DNA of 30,697 nucleotides, taken from a virus (Duplodnaviria; Caudoviricetes). The notes under the pieces were generated by a model. It ran no database searches and was not told the DNA's origin. It saw only the letters and a list, made by a program, of their open reading frames with translations. How positions within the stretch are numbered: the first letter of the stretch is position 1; every line of letters begins with the position of its first letter. The stretch is taken from IMG/VR virus record IMGVR_UViG_3300024228_000017, positions 1-30,697 of that record; one strand, given 5' to 3'. A program made the position numbers and the translations under genes. Of this stretch, positions 28,533 through 30,697 are shown one piece after another.

Positions 28533-28759
28533 CCCGTACTAAACTAAGAGAGTTAGTTAGAGAAGTAATGCAAGAGTTAGATGAAGCAAACGTAACTGGA
28601 GGAACAGCTACATTTACTCCCGGAGATGGGATGAATTATGCAACACCTGCAGCTTTCGGTAAAGCAACAAGAGCTAAAAAAACTTTAACTAAGTTAGGTT
28701 TCAAACAGGTTAGTCGTCCTAAACGACCATCACATACTAAAGGATTTGATTATTTATAA
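28529..28759 (+). CDS. small head-region protein with amphipathic leader ending in LDE
   Basis: MTRTKLRELVREVMQELDE/ANVTGG...; basic C-terminus. Confidence 0.65.
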   Translation: MTRTKLRELVREVMQELDEANVTGGTATFTPGDGMNYATPAAFGKATRAKKTLTKLGFKQVSRPKRPSHTKGFDYL

Positions 28760-28762
28760 AAA

Positions 28763-30697
28763 ATGAGACAAGTAACAGTAACAGAAAAGTACAGAGCCGT
28801 ATTAGAAGGTAATATGGCAAAAGGTGAATTTGTAAGACAAATGAGACTTACACACCCACAACACATAACTCAGTTCAACGGATTCGATGACTCAGTTCAA
28901 ATTCTTAAAAATAGAGGTTTACTATTTGAGATAAAGAAAGAAGTTGTAGAAGAAGCAAAAGAAGCAGAATATGCTGAAGATTGTTTACCTTATTCTGATG
29001 AAGCATTCCAAAGAGGAATTAGATATGAACTTCAGTCAAAAGGTATTGAAGTACATGCAGGAGCAAATATTAAGTTAGAAGACTATGATTCTGCAAAAAG
29101 TGCTGCTCAGACAAACTTGACTAAAGACCCAATGCATTACCTTAATCTTGTATCAGGTGAATCTTCTAAAGTAGACAAACATGATAAACCATCTGAAACT
29201 AAGAGAGGAGCAAAAGATGTTGATACATTTAATGGACTTAAAAAAGCTGATTTAAGAGAAGCTAAAACAATGCTTAAAGAAGGTAAAATGGATGACTTAG
29301 CTGAAAAGCTAGGAATAGATGTAGGTAGATTACAAGCTGCTGCTGATAGACTAAGAGAAATGGAAAGAGAAGATGCTGCTAAAACAGCCGGTAAGGTAGA
29401 TGCAATGAAAGCTATTATAGATGAAGAGCCAGATGAAGTTATGAATATTAATAGATTTGGAAAAGAAAAAGAAGATCACGATAGTAACTATACTAAAGTA
29501 AAAAACGAAACAGACGGACTTTCAATAGATGAGCACGAACATCAATTTTTTCACTTAGCATTCGAAGGTAAGTACGATGATATATTAGAAGACTATATGT
29601 CAAGTGAATCTTATAAGCAAGACGAAAAAGAAATACAAAATAAATACGATGTTTCTAGCGCTCACGATGTAAAGTACTTAGACGAGTGGGAAAACTTTAT
29701 AAAAGAATTTGAAGCTATCAATAGAGATGATGCAACAGATACATATAATTTTGAAGCTAAAGGGATAGATGAAATGCTATCTATATCAGGAAACTCAGAA
29801 GAAGAAATCAAGAAAAATGCCGAAGAGTTATTAGCATTAGCTAAAAAAGTAGGATTGGACAAAGCTGAAATAAGATATAATGATGACGGGTCTGTTGATG
29901 GAGTTGAATTAAATGACACAGTAGAGGATAGAAACGATGGTAAAACTCAAAAAATTGCCGACTTACAATCCAAACATTATGAAGCTTCTAAAGCTGGACG
30001 TTCTAAACAAGAACCTTCTTTCAAACCTAAAAAATTAAAGAAGCTTACAATAGGAGGTAAAACATACGAAAAAGGAGATTTTGACCCTAACGATGACGGT
30101 AGAATTATGTCAATTGAAAAATATCCTAACGGATACTTTATTAATGGCGGAATATATTCAGACTACGGAGACGGCGATGGACCTAAAGAAGGGTATGGAT
30201 ACGCTATCGACTTGAAAGGTAATAAAATGGACGAAGAGGATTTAGAAGGAATGCACGAATCCGCAGTAAAAAATGAAAATATTGATGCATTTAGTGATAC
30301 CATACAAGTAGTAGGATATCCGGAAACTGTAGAAGATGCTCTAAAAGTGATTGAAAGATACGAAAGAGATGGACATCCTGTTGGTAGAGAAGAAGCTAAA
30401 GAAATTATAGCTGACATGAGAGATACGGATGACGATGATTTTGATAGAAATATTACTAACCTTATAGCAAAAGCATTCGTTATCAAGCTAAAAGGAGTAT
30501 CTGAAAAGAAAGGTAAAGATCATGACGGAGACGGAGATGTAGACGGAGATGATTATATGCATGCTAAAGATAAAGCTATTAAAAAAGCGATGGGTAAAGA
30601 ACCACAACAAGAAATAGATACATCAGCAGCTAAAGCATCATTAGCCAAATTTGCTGCTAGAGAAAAAGAATTAGATAGACAAAATCCTAATAGACAT
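28763..30697 (+). CDS. 3'-truncated large acidic modular protein (>=645 aa; not in ORF track)
   Basis: ATG 28763 (MRQVTVTEKYRAVLEG...) stays open to the window end. Contains RGIRYEL...NLTKDPMHYLNL (DUF5661-like by recall) and DHDGDGDVDGDD. Confidence 0.8.
   Translation, partial: MRQVTVTEKYRAVLEGNMAKGEFVRQMRLTHPQHITQFNGFDDSVQILKNRGLLFEIKKEVVEEAKEAEYAEDCLPYSDEAFQRGIRYELQSKGIEVHAGANIKLEDYDSAKSAAQTNLTKDPMHYLNLVSGESSKVDKHDKPSETKRGAKDVDTFNGLKKADLREAKTMLKEGKMDDLAEKLGIDVGRLQAAADRLREMEREDAAKTAGKVDAMKAIIDEEPDEVMNINRFGKEKEDHDSNYTKVKNETDGLSIDEHEHQFFHLAFEGKYDDILEDYMSSESYKQDEKEIQNKYDVSSAHDVKYLDEWENFIKEFEAINRDDATDTYNFEAKGIDEMLSISGNSEEEIKKNAEELLALAKKVGLDKAEIRYNDDGSVDGVELNDTVEDRNDGKTQKIADLQSKHYEASKAGRSKQEPSFKPKKLKKLTIGGKTYEKGDFDPNDDGRIMSIEKYPNGYFINGGIYSDYGDGDGPKEGYGYAIDLKGNKMDEEDLEGMHESAVKNENIDAFSDTIQVVGYPETVEDALKVIERYERDGHPVGREEAKEIIADMRDTDDDDFDRNITNLIAKAFVIKLKGVSEKKGKDHDGDGDVDGDDYMHAKDKAIKKAMGKEPQQEIDTSAAKASLAKFAAREKELDRQNPNRH

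Noticed and set aside
743-30486. All minus-strand ORFs in the track (e.g. 14280..14798, 28022..28438, 30163..30486)
   Set aside because: They lie wholly antisense to well-supported + strand genes, have shadow-like composition and show no motifs.
1-30697. Stop-codon recoding
   Set aside because: The standard code gives intact terminase, portal and primase and near-complete coding density. TAA, TAG and TGA all occur at apparent true gene ends.
1-30697. tRNA genes and intrinsic terminators
   Set aside because: Intergenic gaps are under ~60 nt and I saw no cloverleaf or GC hairpin plus U-tract.

Overview
This window is a segment of a large AT-rich, T4-like (myovirus-type) phage genome, with every credible gene on the + strand and very dense coding. 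From left to right it holds: Ser/Gly/Thr-rich baseplate/tail proteins and a 1276-aa repeat tail fibre ending in an S74 chaperone (1-9762); a GIY-YIG protein and small genes; a primase plus PD-(D/E)xK exonuclease island behind a Bacteroidetes-type promoter; a lipoprotein; a P-loop kinase / HxGH nucleotidyltransferase-zincin / HAD phosphatase trio; large modular charged proteins; a restriction-endonuclease-like protein; then gp17-like terminase, gp20-like portal and head-region genes. A Bacteroidota host is inferred. The main candidate new system is a set of about 10 otherwise unrelated proteins sharing an N-terminal amphipathic leader ending in I/L-x-E or IL-E, resembling the T4 capsid-targeting sequence and gp21 cleavage site. 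Two giant proteins look like modules punctuated by similar Glu sites. This suggests a virion-packaged, protease-matured cargo arsenal that includes enzymes. Also notable are a recurring TATTTATA upstream motif, a 233-nt dual-coding overlap with a codon-bias signature, and two ORFs missing from the ORF track. All family calls are from motif recognition by eye; no searches were run.
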